Origin: Azolla caroliniana
Lineage: Eukaryota; Plantae; Polypodiophyta
Direction: 5' to 3'
Assembly: GCA_043228905.1 (NCBI GenBank)
Contig: JBHGNT010000013.1
Span: forward strand, 248,001 to 312,000
Length of the DNA: 64,000 bases
The notes beneath the pieces are model-generated. The model ran no database searches and was not told where the DNA came from. It saw only the letters and a program-made list of their open reading frames with translations. Positions 1 through 12,606 of this stretch are shown here, in pieces. The translations under genes and the position numbers were made by a program. The number at the start of each line of letters is the position of its first letter. Positions within the stretch are counted from its first letter, which is position 1.

Positions 1-2511
1 CAGTACTTCGTAACATTCATAGATGACCATAGCCGGAAGCTGTGGACGGCACCGTTGAAGACAAAGGACCAAGTATTGTCCGTCTTCAAAGAACTCCACG
101 CGAGAGTGGAAAGGGAATCCGGCAAGGAGCTGAAAGCGATATGAGCGGATAACGGAGGGGAATACCGGGGGCAGTTCGAGGAGTACTGTCGCTCGAAGGG
201 AATCCGGCTCGAGTTCACTGTGCCGAAGACGCCGGAACTGAACGGGCTGGCCGAGAGGATGAACCGGACCATAATGGAGAGGGTCCGGAGTATGCTGGCG
301 CATGCGAAATTACCCAAGGGGTTTTGGGCTGAGGCAATGTCGACGGCGACATACGTGATAAACAGATCACCCTCAGTACCTTTGGACGGAGACACGCCGC
401 AGAGAGTATGGACCGGTAGGGAAGTATCCTACCGGCATCTGAAGGTGTTCGGGTGTCTCGCATATGTGCATGTGGCAAAGGACCGGAGAGGAAAGCTAGA
501 CCCAAAGACCCGGCCATGCATATTCCTCGGTTACGGCGACGACGAGTTCGGCTACCGAGTGTGGGACCCGGTCGACAAAAAGATATTCCGGAGTCGTGAT
601 ATCATCTTCATGGAGGACAAAACACTCGCCGACTGGGAGTCGGAGAAGAAGATGAAGAGCTCCAAGTCGTCCGGTGAGGATCAACTCTACGAGGAGCAGT
701 CCCGACCGGCAAGGGACCGGTTAGCACCCGAGGATCCGGCCGAAGACGGTGAAGAAACAGAACCGGCCGAGGAAGATGAAACTGATACCGGAACCGGCCC
801 CGATCCCGAAATGGATTCGGATGAAGAGGAAACGGAGGAGCCGGTTACCGAAGCTCCGGAACGGAGATATCCTCTAAGAGAGAGAAGGCCCCCCCGGAGA
901 TTTTCGGAACCAGAGCACGTGCTACTAACCGACGAGGGGGAGCCGGAGAGTTTTGAAGAAGCAAAGCTTGACACCCATAGCCGCAGGTGGTTAAGTGCCA
1001 TGCAGGAGGAGATGGATTCCCTGCATGAGAACCACACATATGAACTTGTGGAGTTGCCGAAAGGAAAGCGGGCACTTCGAAACAAGTGGGTGTTCAAGCT
1101 GAAACCGGGAGATGCCGGCAACCCCCCGAGATACAAAGCCAGGATCGTGGTGAAGGGGTTCCAGCAGAAGAAGGGCGTCGACTTCGATGAGATATTTGCC
1201 CCGGTAGTGAAGATGACCTCCATCCGGACGGTGCTGAGCATAGCGGCAAGCATGGACCTCGAGGTAGAACAGATGGACGTGAAGACGGCATTCCTTCACG
1301 GTGACCTCGAAGAAGAGATCTACATGCAGCAACCGGAAGGTTTCGAGAAGAAAGGGAAGGAGCACCTGGTATGCCGGTTGAAGAAGAGCCTTTACGGATT
1401 GAAGCAGGCTCCCCGGCAATGGTACCGGAAGTTCGACTCTTTCATGACCGACGAAGGGTACCACAAAACGCAATCCGATCACTACGTGTTTGTAAAGAAG
1501 TTCGAAGGAGGAGACTTTCTAATACTCCTCCTGTACGTGGACGACATGTTGATCGTCGGACGGGACCAGGTCAAGATACAGATGCTGAAGAAAGCGCTTC
1601 ACCGAACCTTCTCAATGAAGGACCTGGGTCCGGCGAGGCAAATACTAGGGATGCACATCATCCGGGACCGGAAGAAGAAGCAGTTGTGGCTGTCACAGGA
1701 GAAGTACGTGACAAAGGTGCTTCACCGGTTCAACATGTCGGAAGCAAGACCGGTCGGGTCAACCCTCCCAGCAAACTGCAAGTTGTCCAGCAAGCAAAGC
1801 CCCAAGACAAAGGCTGAGAAGGAGGACATGATGAAAGTACCATATGCCTCTGCCGTCGGAAGCTTGATGTACGCAATGGTGTGTACAAGACCGGACATAG
1901 GATATGCAGTCGGAGTGGTGAGCCGGTACATGAGCAATCCCGGCAAAGAGCACTGGAACGCGGCCAAGTGGATACTCCGATACCTGAAGGGCACGGCAAA
2001 CGTATGCCTCCGATTCAGCTCCGGTAAGCCCGAACTCGACGGCTTTACCGATTCGGATATGTCGGCCGATGCAGATACCAGCCGGTCCACATCAGGGTAT
2101 GTGATGACGTATGCAAGGGGAGCTGTTTCGTGGCAGTCGAGGTTGCAGAAGACGGTTGCGTTGTCAACCACGGAGGCGGAGTACATGGCGGCCGTTGAAG
2201 CCGGCAAGGAAATAATATGGATGAAGGACTTCATTAGAGAGCTCGGTATCCGGCAGGAGGAGTACCGACTCTACTACGACAGTCAGAGTGCCATCCACCT
2301 TGCGAAGAATGCGGCCTATCACTCCCGGACGAAGCACATCCAGCGTAGATACCACTGGATCCGGGAAAGGATAGAAGACAAGGAGTTCGTGCTGACGAAG
2401 ATCCACACGGACGAGAACGGGTCGGATATGCTGACCAAGGTACTTACACCTGACAAGCTGGAAGCATGCCGGAAGAGGATCGGATTGGAGAAACATCCCA
2501 TGCCGAAGTGA
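1..2511 (+). CDS. pol: Copia A Pol (integrase C-part, RT, RNase H), with one in-frame TGA at 142-144
   Basis: ORF 220-2511 has NGLAERMNRT, YKARIVVKG, QMDVKTAFLHG, LYVDDML, ALSTTEAEY and SDMLTK. Upstream the frame reads KAI*ADN, likely a CGA>TGA change. Confidence 0.93.
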
Positions 2512-2521
2512 AGGGGGAGTT

Positions 2522-2891
2522 TGTTGGGATTTTCGGTCCGTCCGGATGGGATGTCCGGAGATGAATGACGGCAGGCCTGGTTGCGGTTACGGAACCGGAG
2601 GATGAAGAGTACCCGGTTACGGAACCGGAGGATGAAGAGTACCCGGTTACGGAGCCGGATGATGAAGACCCCGGCTACGGAGCCGGATGACGAAGACCCG
2701 GCTACGGAGCCGGATGATAAAGACCCCGGTTACGGAGCCGGATGACGAAGTACCCGGAGAGAGATCCGGATGCGGAGACTATATTTGTAAATAGCCCGAA
2801 AGTTATATGTGTATAAATATGACTTAGGGCAAACAGTTTAGCTGTTGTTGCTCATTTTCTGTTTTCCACTTAGAGAGAGTGAAGAGAGCAG

Positions 2892-2922
<31 letters not shown>

Positions 2923-3195
2923 GAAGAGGTCGTTGCCTCTGTGTATTACTGCCGCCTGTGGCGAAGACAGTGAGCTCAAGGTTGTTGCCTTGAAGCTTCA
3001 CCATTGTACATCTCTGTTCATAGTGATAGTTGGAGTTTGAGGACTCCCGTGGTTTTTCCCATTTAGGGTTTTCCACGTAAAATATCCTGTGTACTGTTCT
3101 CTCTATTGTCTTCGTGCATTTTTTTTTGGTATTTTTCTTATTTTCTGTGTGAGTTGATCCTATTCCTCGGTTGTGGCCGAGCACCGTGTTCAACA
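2522..3195 (+). repeat. 3' LTR of copia A, with a 27-30 bp tandem array in U3 (~2584-2760)
   Basis: TGTTGGG...TTCAACA follows the PPT. Repeats of GG(T/C)TACGGA(A/G)CCGGA(G/T)GA, a TATAAAT and a (GA)n tract are present. Confidence 0.9.
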
Positions 3196-3830
3196 GGCTA
3201 TTCTAGCTTCTCTAGATAGAAAACTATTCTTCATGGTTCGCCATGTGGTTGGAACCTCCAAAATCCACGTACCACATCTCCTTTGATTTTTAGGTGCTCA
3301 CTTCCATCGAGTTGGCCTTGTGCTTCATTACAAAGGCTAGACCCATTTTAGCTCGCCCGGAGCACTCAATGTAGACTTCAATCTCTGTTATCTCTTGGAG
3401 TTGGCTCTGCTTGATCTAGCTCTTTTTGAATCAACTTGTTTCTTCCAACACTTACTCTCCTTTTCCGGTCACAATACCAACAATCAATGGCTTTTCCTTG
3501 CCGGCTCCCGTTGTTGTCTGCACTTCTTCTGTGCCTTTGGTTCTGCTCTTGTCGGCTACCACCATTGCAAGCCAATTCACCTTGTCCACCACGACCATGG
3601 GGCCAATCTACCTCCATGTACACCATTTTGTTGTCAGTGTGCGTGCTTGTGTTTCTCTTTGACGAGAAGCATGGATTGCAACTCAAAGAAGGACGACGTA
3701 TTCTCCATCTTGCAAACCATCGTTCGGAATGATCCGAACATCTACACTTGACCTCCAAGGAAAACTTGCACCATTTTATCTTCTTCAACTGTTAAATTGA
3801 CATGTCTCTCTATCGGACACTGCTCAACTC
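3196..3830 (-). pseudogene. Degenerate copia gag/zinc knuckle/protease fragment
   Basis: The minus strand reads WYVDFGGSNHM (protease) and CWYC (zinc knuckle). It resembles gag of copia B and H. Confidence 0.75.
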
Positions 3831-3839
3831 TTGTCTAAG

Positions 3840-6800
3840 TTGTTAGCATATGAGATGTATGGAGATTCAAGCATAATGAGCGAGGGTGGAATGCAATAAT
3901 GCTGTAAATGTGTAAGTGTAATTGTGAGTGTGAGTGTGAGTGTGAGTCAATAATGTTGTTGATGTGGACAGATGAGAAGAGGTGTGAGTGAGTGATTGGT
4001 TCGAATGGGGCTTGCAGCCAGAATGACGGGAGAGTGACGGAAGAGCGGCAAAAGCGGCTGGAATGGCAGAACAACGGCCGGAGTGGCCGGGCAGCCGGAC
4101 AAACGACCAAAAACGGTTAGAAAGATGAAGGCACTACTGGACATGCCCACCGGACCGAGAGTGCCGGACGAAGATAGAACGAGAAGATAAGGTCAGATAG
4201 ATGGCTAGACAATGGCGGCTGAGGAGCGGCCGCTGGAAATCCACCATCCGGAGGGCAGTCCGAAGACAGACGGCGACAACGCGTAATGACTGCTAACCAA
4301 TCGAGACAACAGTGGAACCGGATGAAGCAGCAGTAGCAGCAGCAGAAGAGTGCCAACTGAAGAGGGGCTAGAAAGTGACTGGAATGGCCGAAAACTAGTT
4401 GGAATAGTCGGACAATGGCCGAAGTGGCCGGAGTAGCCGGAATGTCCGCATAGAGATGAATAGCGGCTGGGATGGCCGGACAACGGAGATGCGATGGCGA
4501 CCATACAAAAACCGAAGAGCGGTCTGAGCGGCGGATGAACAGGGTTGGACACAAAGACAACCGACAGAGCTTTAAACAAAGACGCCGAAAAGCGACAGAC
4601 CCAAATATGCAAAAGAAAGAAGAAGAAACGAATCAGAAGAAAACAAGATAGAAGGAGAACGAAGAAGAGAATATGAAAGCACACTGGAAGAAAACGAAAG
4701 GAAGAGGAAGACGCAAGAAGAGGTAGAAAATAAGAAGAAGACAGAGAAAGACAAGCAAAGCAAAAAGAAGAAGGAGAAGGGATCGTGAAAGAGAAAGACA
4801 GAGAAGAAAAGAAGAAAGCACAAACTGACACAGACAGGCGAAAAAGCCAAACAAACACGAAAAGAGAAGATATGAGGAAAGAGAGGAAGGCAAATCAGAA
4901 AAGAGAGGGGGAAAAAGAGAACCGTAATGAGCTTCCTAGAAATTTTCGAAATAACCCTAAGGGCATTGTTGGAATTTTAAAAAAGAAATCATGATGGTAC
5001 ATAAAATAATAGTTAAAAAAAAAAAAAACCAAAGGGCATCACCAAAATTTTGAAAATTCGCAACTACTCACACAGAATCAACAAAAGGAAGATACACATA
5101 CACGCAACGTTTTTTGAAGACCCAAATGATGATACCAATGATGTGCAAGAAATGACAGAAATGCGCAAATGACGTTGACGATGTTTGGAAGATGTCGATG
5201 AATGCTACACAATGAAGATGTGTGCAAAAAGACGTGGCAACATGATGTGCGAGAAATGACAGAAATGCGCAAATGACGTTGACTATGTTTGGAAGATGTC
5301 AATGAATGCTACACAATGAAGATGTGTGCAAAAGCACGAAATGGGAAACGTCGAGAATGCAAGAATGGCAACGACGTTCGTGCCAATCTACGTGTTTCCA
5401 AAACTGTAATGCAAGATGCACGGTCGGACGAACAACGACGTAGAAGGAACTGACAAAGAAACTCCGGATACAAGTAACATAGAGGGACCCGGTGCCAGCG
5501 CGATCGGAAAGAGAAGCCTACTAGGAGATTGCGGAGGAAGAAGCAATGTGTGGAGCGGATGCTGGGAGGAAGTGATGATAATGGACGGTAGACAGTTCCA
5601 GAAGAAGTAACATGGAGACAATTGGCACCGGGATAAGAAAGCCAGCAGGTTAACACAAAAGGGCCGAAGAAAATGGAGAAGGAGACGTAGGTGCAAATCA
5701 ACATACATTGATGAAAAGGAAAACAGATAATGCCAAAAAGACACGGTTGGGCGCACCGGACAAAGACAACCAAAAAGACACGGTTGGATGGGCCGAAGAG
5801 ACACATAATGACCGGCAAGATAGCCAGAAAAACATGACTAGACAAGTGGGATGAAGAGACACGATCAGAGGCAGATAGAAAAGAAAAAAGGATAGCTAGA
5901 AGTGACGATAGAGCGGCCAAAGTGGCCTAACTTGCAGCAACCGACGGGCCGGACGGAGACCGACGACAGTCGGACTGGCAGAACAACGCGGCCGGAATCA
6001 ACCGGAATGACGAATGGTGAGTGAGCGCTAGAAGGGGATAGACAACAACTGGAGCAACCGAAGCGTCTGTGGATGGACATCAATGGACCACACAAGAGAC
6101 TAGACAACCAACGGAACCGGGAGGAGGCTGAACAGTGGCGACAAGAAGGCGGTCGGAGGGACTGGACAGCGATAAACGACGGTAGAATAGCTACGCCTGA
6201 AAAAATGGCCGAAACAACGAAGGAACGATGATGGCAGGAAAGAATGAACGAATGGCCGGACGGAAAGACGTAAGAATGAACGGAAGACCAGAAAGATAGG
6301 GTCAGAGATGGACAACCGGCGCTGGCAAAAATTAGCGACCGGACAAACAACCGAAGTGGCCCAAGAAGTGACTGGACAACAACCAAACCGGACCGAAAAG
6401 TGGCCGAAATGACCGGAGGGCGACCGAAGAGCGGCCAAAACGGCCGGAATGGCAGAACATCGGTCAGAGTGGCGGAACAGCGAGACAAATGACCAAAAAC
6501 GATTAGAAAGATGAAGGCACTACCAGACATGCCGAATGGACACGGTGCTGAACAAAGATGGAACGAGTAGACAAGGTCGGATAGATAGGTAGACAACGGC
6601 GGCCGAGGAGAGACAACCGGAAATTCACCATCTGGAGGGCAGTCCGAAGACAGACAACGACAACACCTGACGACGGCCAACCGATCGAGACAACAATGGA
6701 ACCGGATGAAGCAACAACATCAAAAAAAGAGTGCCAGTCGGAGAAGGGCCAGATAGCGACTAGAAGAGCATCCAAACATTGGCCGAAGAGTGGCAAGAAC

Positions 6801-6862
6801 GGCCGGAATAGCCAGAAACCAGTCAGAATAGTTGGATAGTGGCCAAAGTGTAATAGTCGAAT
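3840..6862. repeat. Unclassified purine-rich repeat, present twice; the second copy continues at 12189-12606 and 18362-18525
   Basis: ~4060-4400 matches ~6420-6760, ~4420-4730 matches 12190-12606, and ~4726-4890 matches 18362-18525. There is also a ~104-bp tandem duplication at ~5139-5333. Confidence 0.7.
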
Positions 6863-9800
6863 AGTCGGATTTACCGCCAACTAATGTGGAATTTAATCGA
6901 GCACTCTTCTAGGAGAAGATCGTAAGTAGATGCAAGATCATAGGATCAATGGTAACATAGACAAGAAAACAAGATTTCAACTAGTATGCAAAGAGAGAGA
7001 GACAGTTCGGCACAATGTAATGACTATATTACAACTTAAAGCAACAACTTCTAACTAGGTTACAAAGTCAGTTTATATACTGACTAACTTAGGGCAATTT
7101 CCCTTCTCACTATTTTCATAAATAGCCTAAGCCTAGTGTGTACAAAAGGAGACGGTGTGAATACGTCCATTAGAAGCCCGTATTCAACAATCCCCTATAA
7201 TGGGCGTATACATCTGAAATCTATAGACCGAAATGAATGTACAATATAGATTGATACAAGGTTTACGAACAATCGAGAATTCATTTGAGTCGGTGAACTT
7301 GAAAGAGCAAAAGGCCGAATTGGCCGAGTTTGGAGAGACTGACACCGAATTTTGAACTATCCAAGTCTATTGTCCGAGAAACATCATGAGTGTCCTATTT
7401 AATCAGACTGATTTTTCATTACGCCCATTCGATGCTGAAGGGATCGAAATCGGTCTGCCGAAAGACACTTGGTTAATGCGTCTGCAACATTATCTGTTGT
7501 CGATATTTTCTCTAGGCCGATTGTCCCTGTAATGATGCAGTCCCGAATGAAATGATATCGAATGTTGATATGCTTGGAGGCATTGTGATGAACTGTATTT
7601 TTCGACAGAGCAACAACACCCTGACTATCACTGTACACAATTGGAGTCAAGCTGATTTCGGCTTGTCGAAATGTGCAAGCCAACCAATTGAGCCATAAGG
7701 CCTCTTTCGCCGCATCGGATGCAGCTACATATTCGGCCTCGGTTGTTGATGTGGCAGTGCACTCCTGAAGTTTCGATTTCCATGAGATGGCTCCATTAAT
7801 GAATTTAAAACAATATCCGGTTGTTGATTTATGGCTATCTATGCAGCCCGCAAAGTCAGAGTCGATACGTCCGACTATGCCTAAGATGTCGTTCGGGCCG
7901 AATAGAATACCAAGGTCTTTTGTGCCCACTAGATATCTGAACACAATGCTATCAGGCGGGATTATGCATAAATCTGCTGACGACTCCAACGGCGTGAGCG
8001 ATATCAGGCTGTGTTGCGACCATTGCATACATTAGGGAGCTAGCTGCCGGTGCATACAGTACTAACTTCATAATTTTCCCCTCCGGACCGGATGTCGGGC
8101 AGTCTCGCTGAGAGATCCGAGTATGAATGGGGAGCAGGGTAGAGGCAGATTTCGCCGATTGCATATTTAAGTGTTCGAGGACACGTCCAATGTAGTCGGA
8201 CTGGGACAGAAACAATTGTCGTTGATTACGGTTCCGACTTATCTTCATACCAAGAATCTGTCATGCCGAACTGAGATCCTTCATGGCAAACTTCAACCGC
8301 AGTTGCCAAACGAGTTCGGCTAGTTCGCCAGCATGGCGTCCAGAGATTAGCATGTCGTCTACGTAAATGATGAGGAAGAGGAGTGATCCATCTCGAGTTG
8401 CTTTCGTGAAGAGATAGTGGTCCTCATCGCTCTTTGAGAAGCCAATCGATTTGATGAAGTCGTCGAACTTCTTGTACCACTATCGTGGCACCTATTTCAA
8501 GCCATAAAGACTCTTTCTGAGTCAGCAGACTAGATGTTCTTGGCTGGATGCCAGAAAGCCTTTCGGATGCTCCATATAGATTTCCTCCTCAAGATCACCG
8601 TGGAGGAAAGCTATTTTGACATCTAGCTGAATCAGCTCCAAATTTTCGGTTGCCACTACACCGAGCATAAAGCAAAGGGTGATCATTTTCACCACTGGCG
8701 AAATTTTTTTGTCAAAGTCGATGTCGTGTTCCTGTCAAAAACCCTTTGCTACTAATCTGGCTTTGAATTTTGGGTTGGCCAAATCGGACGTCTCCTTAAT
8801 TCGATAGACCCATTTGCACGGAAGAGCACATCAATTCTTCGGTAATTCGATCAAGTCCCAAGTCTTCTTTGCATGAATGGAGTTCATTTTGGACTCCATT
8901 GCCAGATGTCAAACGGCCGAATTGACTAACGCTGATGCTTCTTCGTATGACGTTGGTTCTCCGGCGTTTGTAAAGAAGATACCAAGAGAGTATCTCTCTA
9001 CCGATTGTGACAGTCTCTTAGATCTTCGAGATATGACTGGACTAGTCGCATCGGGTGTCGTGGCCGGATGGTCCAAAGCCGAGTCGTTCGGCTGTGCCGA
9101 GTCAATATTCTCAGAGTTGGTGTTTGAAGGTTCAACTACCCGTGAAGTTGATCGTGTATTGTGCGCTCAGCCTTCGGGAAGGGTTGGCACATCGGAAAAT
9201 GTTACCCTTCGGACTTTGATTGGTTTTTCAACCAATTGATGCATGGCCGACTCATTGAACAAGACGTCCGAGCTTCGGACAATTTGTTTGTGTTCGGAGC
9301 CCCAAAGTCGGTATCCCATTTCGTCATCTAGTCCATAACTGAGGAAAATACATTTCCTGGACCATGGTGCAAGTTTGCGGCGATCATCTTTCGGGATGAG
9401 GGCATATGCCTCACATCCGAAAATCCTCAGCTTGTCGTAAATCGGCTTACTGCCGGTCCATAATTCCTGAGGTATCCGAAGTCCTAGAGGCCTATGCAGC
9501 AACATATTAATTATGTGTATTGTCGTAAATAGGTCCTCTGCTCAGAAGCCATCCGACAGTTCGGAGTGCCATAAATTCACGCCGTATGCCACGTTGTCGG
9601 CAAATTTGACAAATTCCTCTGATTTGAACTCTCCCCCATTATCGGACCGAAAGCATTTCAGTTTTCGGCCGGACTAATTCTCAACCATGGCAAGCCAATC
9701 GGAAAAGACTGAGAAAACACGATCTTTGGTTTTGATCGGATAAGCCCACACCTTCCGAGTCAAGTCGTCAATGAAGTTGACAAAATGCAGAGCGCCTTCG

Positions 9801-12188
9801 AGGGATTGATGTGGCATAGGACCACATACGTCCGAGTGGACCAAATCGAGCGGACTCAATTCTCTCGGGGCTGATGGAGGGTGTGTTACGGCTGTTTGCT
9901 TGCCGTATTGGTAGTGCTCACAGAACTGATGATCTAAGAAGGAGAGTTTGGGGATATATCGGGCTCTAGATAAGTGCATGATGCTGGCCTTGCTGAGGTG
10001 TCCGAGTCGTCCGTGCTAGAGTGATGACACGGGAATGCCAACCAAAAACAGGTCACCCTCTCTTAGTGTGACGTGCAACGGATACAATGAGTGTATCTTC
10101 GGTCCTCGAGCAAGCATGAGGTTCCCTCTGTGGAGCGTCCACCCTGATGAGAAGCCAGCATGGATGCCATCTTCATCCAATTGTCCGACTGAGATCAGTG
10201 GTCGTGAGAGCTCAGATACGTGTCAGACATTGCGTAGTACTAATGTAGAGCCACCCGCAAGGTTGAGCTCTACAGTGCCGATTCCAATTATGTCGCAATG
10301 TTGCGAATTTCATACCTGAATTGAGTCAGAATGTTGGTCCGTGTATTGCCGAATTTGGGGTCGATGAGGAGTGACATGAAAAGACGCACCCAAATCTAAG
10401 AGCCACGTGCTTGATTCTTCAGTCGTAAGCAGAACTTCTGCTGAAGAGCCGATGTAGTGGATCTCCTTGTGTCGGCCACTCTTCTGCTCGGCTCGTTGAG
10501 CCTTATCGTTTTTTGCCTTGACTGCACGGCAATTGGCTTTGATGTGTCCAGATTTCTTGCAATAGTTGCATACTCAGTTATCCTATGACTTGCTCCAACT
10601 TCGCTGATTTTTCGGCTGCCGTGAAGAATCTCTTGCACGGTTGTTCGATCGGTCGGTCGAACCTTGTACTACGTAAGCATTGTTGGCCGAATCATTAGCA
10701 AACAATTTTCTCTAAGCCGCTTCAGTCAGAATTGCACTCGTGACTGAAGAGTACTTGACAGCAACTGTCGATGCATTACACATGCTTGTGACGAAAGTTT
10801 CCCATGAAGGAGGGAGACTACTCATAAGTAGCATTGCTTTTAGTTCATCCTCGATAATCGACCCATGGGCCGAATTTTGGGAGCTTAAGCTTTCGTACTC
10901 GTTCAGGTGTGCCTGCACTGATTCAGACTCTTTCATTCGAAGGTTATAAAGGCACCGAATCAGGTATATCTTGGTGGCGGCGACCTTCTTTTCGTAAGTG
11001 TCCGAAAGTGTCTTCCATAGCTGGAAGGCAGTCAAGCACGATTGCACCCTAAAGTACACGGACTCCAATAGGTGTATCTAAATGGTGGCTTTCTGTCGAG
11101 CTTTTCCCATTCAAGCGACTTGTATCCTTCTGGAGGGTCTTCATTCTCAATGGGGTCAATTTGCCCCTTGACTATTAAATAGTCCTGCATCTGCTCCTTC
11201 CAGAAGTTGAAGTTCGATCCGTCGAACTTCCTTAGACTCATCTCTGATGAGCCAGATGTTGAAGCCATCTGTGTTGGTATAATAGACTTTGTTCAGAGTT
11301 AGCTACAAACTGTGATGGTGTGCAACAACTTGGCTCACTCGATGTTGTTCTAGCTTAAGTTGGACACAAGTTGTGTTGATTACGAATATCGATTTTCTGA
11401 GATTTTCGAACACGGATTATGTGCAGTACTCTAGGCCGATCCTGTTTTAGTTAACTACAACGATGAGAGGGACGGATCCGACTGGTCCTCCTGAATATCG
11501 TTCAGTCGAATGAAACGCAGATTGGGGTTGCCCCTGGGGTCGTGTTTGCTTCAGGTGACTACGGCGAGTAGGAGAATAACGTCAAATGACATATTTGATT
11601 TTCGCCAAGCTGAGTGAAGTAGTGATATGACGTAGTCAAGATAGAAGTCTCACTCCGAACGGCTACAATCATAGAACCAAGAGTGACCTAGAACAATGGA
11701 GTGCAGACTTCGTCATGTTTCTCTTTGCAAAGAACAGTCTTGTTATAGGTTGCCTGTCGAGATCAGCTAAGATCTTCAAGATACACAAAGGAGAGTTGTC
11801 GATGGAGACTAGGTAGAAGGCGGCAGCAGAATCAAATAGAAAACCAAGCTCCGATACCAAATGTTGGACATACCACCAACTAATGCGGAACTTAATCGAG
11901 CACTCTTCTAGGAGAAGATCGTAAGTAGATGCAAGATCATAGAATCAATGGTAACATAGAAGAGAAAACAAGACTTCAACTAGTATGCAAAGAGAGAGAG
12001 ACAGTTCGGCACAATGTAATGACTATATTACAACTTAAAGCAACAACTTCTAACTAGGTTACAAAGTAACTTTATATACTAACTAACTTAGGGCAACTGC
12101 CCTTCTCACTATTTTCATAAATAGCCTAAGCCTAGTGTGTACAAAAGGAGACGGTGTGAATACGTCCATTAGAAGCCCGTATTCAACA
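6863..12188 (-). mobile_element. Full-length degenerate Ty1/copia element C
   Basis: 327-bp LTRs at 6863-7189 and 11862-12188. iMet PBS GCTCCGATACCA at 11848-11859. TSD CGAAT/CGAAG. Fragments of gag (ATG 11268), protease, integrase, RT and RNase H (7399). Confidence 0.92.
7399..11268 (-). pseudogene. Copia C gag-pol with many stops and frameshifts
   Basis: MASTSGSSEMSLRKFDGSNF, LDLVHSDVCGP, TSTTEAEYVA and NVADALTK are spread across broken ORFs. Confidence 0.9.
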
Positions 12189-12606
12189 CGAAGTGGCCGA
12201 GGCAGCTAGACAATGGCTAGAGTAGCCGGAATGGCCGAATAGAGGTGAATAGCGGCCAAGATGGCTGGACAACGAAGATGGGGCGGCGGCCATATAAAAA
12301 CCGAAGAGTAGTTAGAGCGGCAGACGAATAGGGCCGTACACAAAGACAACGATAGAGCTGGAAACAAAGACGCTAAAAAGCGATGGAGCCAAATATGCCA
12401 AACATCGACAGAGACGACGACAGTTCTCTGAAATACCAAAATAGAGACAATAAGAGAAAGAAGCAAAAGAAAGAAGAAGAAACGAAAAAACAGAAAATGT
12501 AGGAAGAAGAAGAAAACAAGAAAGAAGGAGAACGAAGAAGAGAAAATGAAAGCACACTGGAAGAAAATGAAAGGAAGAGGAAGAAGCAAGAACAAGAGGT
12601 AGAAAA

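Larger units (their letters stand above)
1..3195 (+). mobile_element. Ty1/copia element A (5' part lies outside the window)
   Basis: Integrase-RT-RNase H order, PPT AAGGGGGAG at 2511-2519, and a 3' LTR with TG...CA ends at 2522-3195. Confidence 0.95.

Noticed and set aside
4117-6880. Long hydrophobic minus-strand ORFs resembling membrane proteins
   Set aside because: They arise from low-complexity CT-rich sequence with few stops, and several overlapping frames are open.
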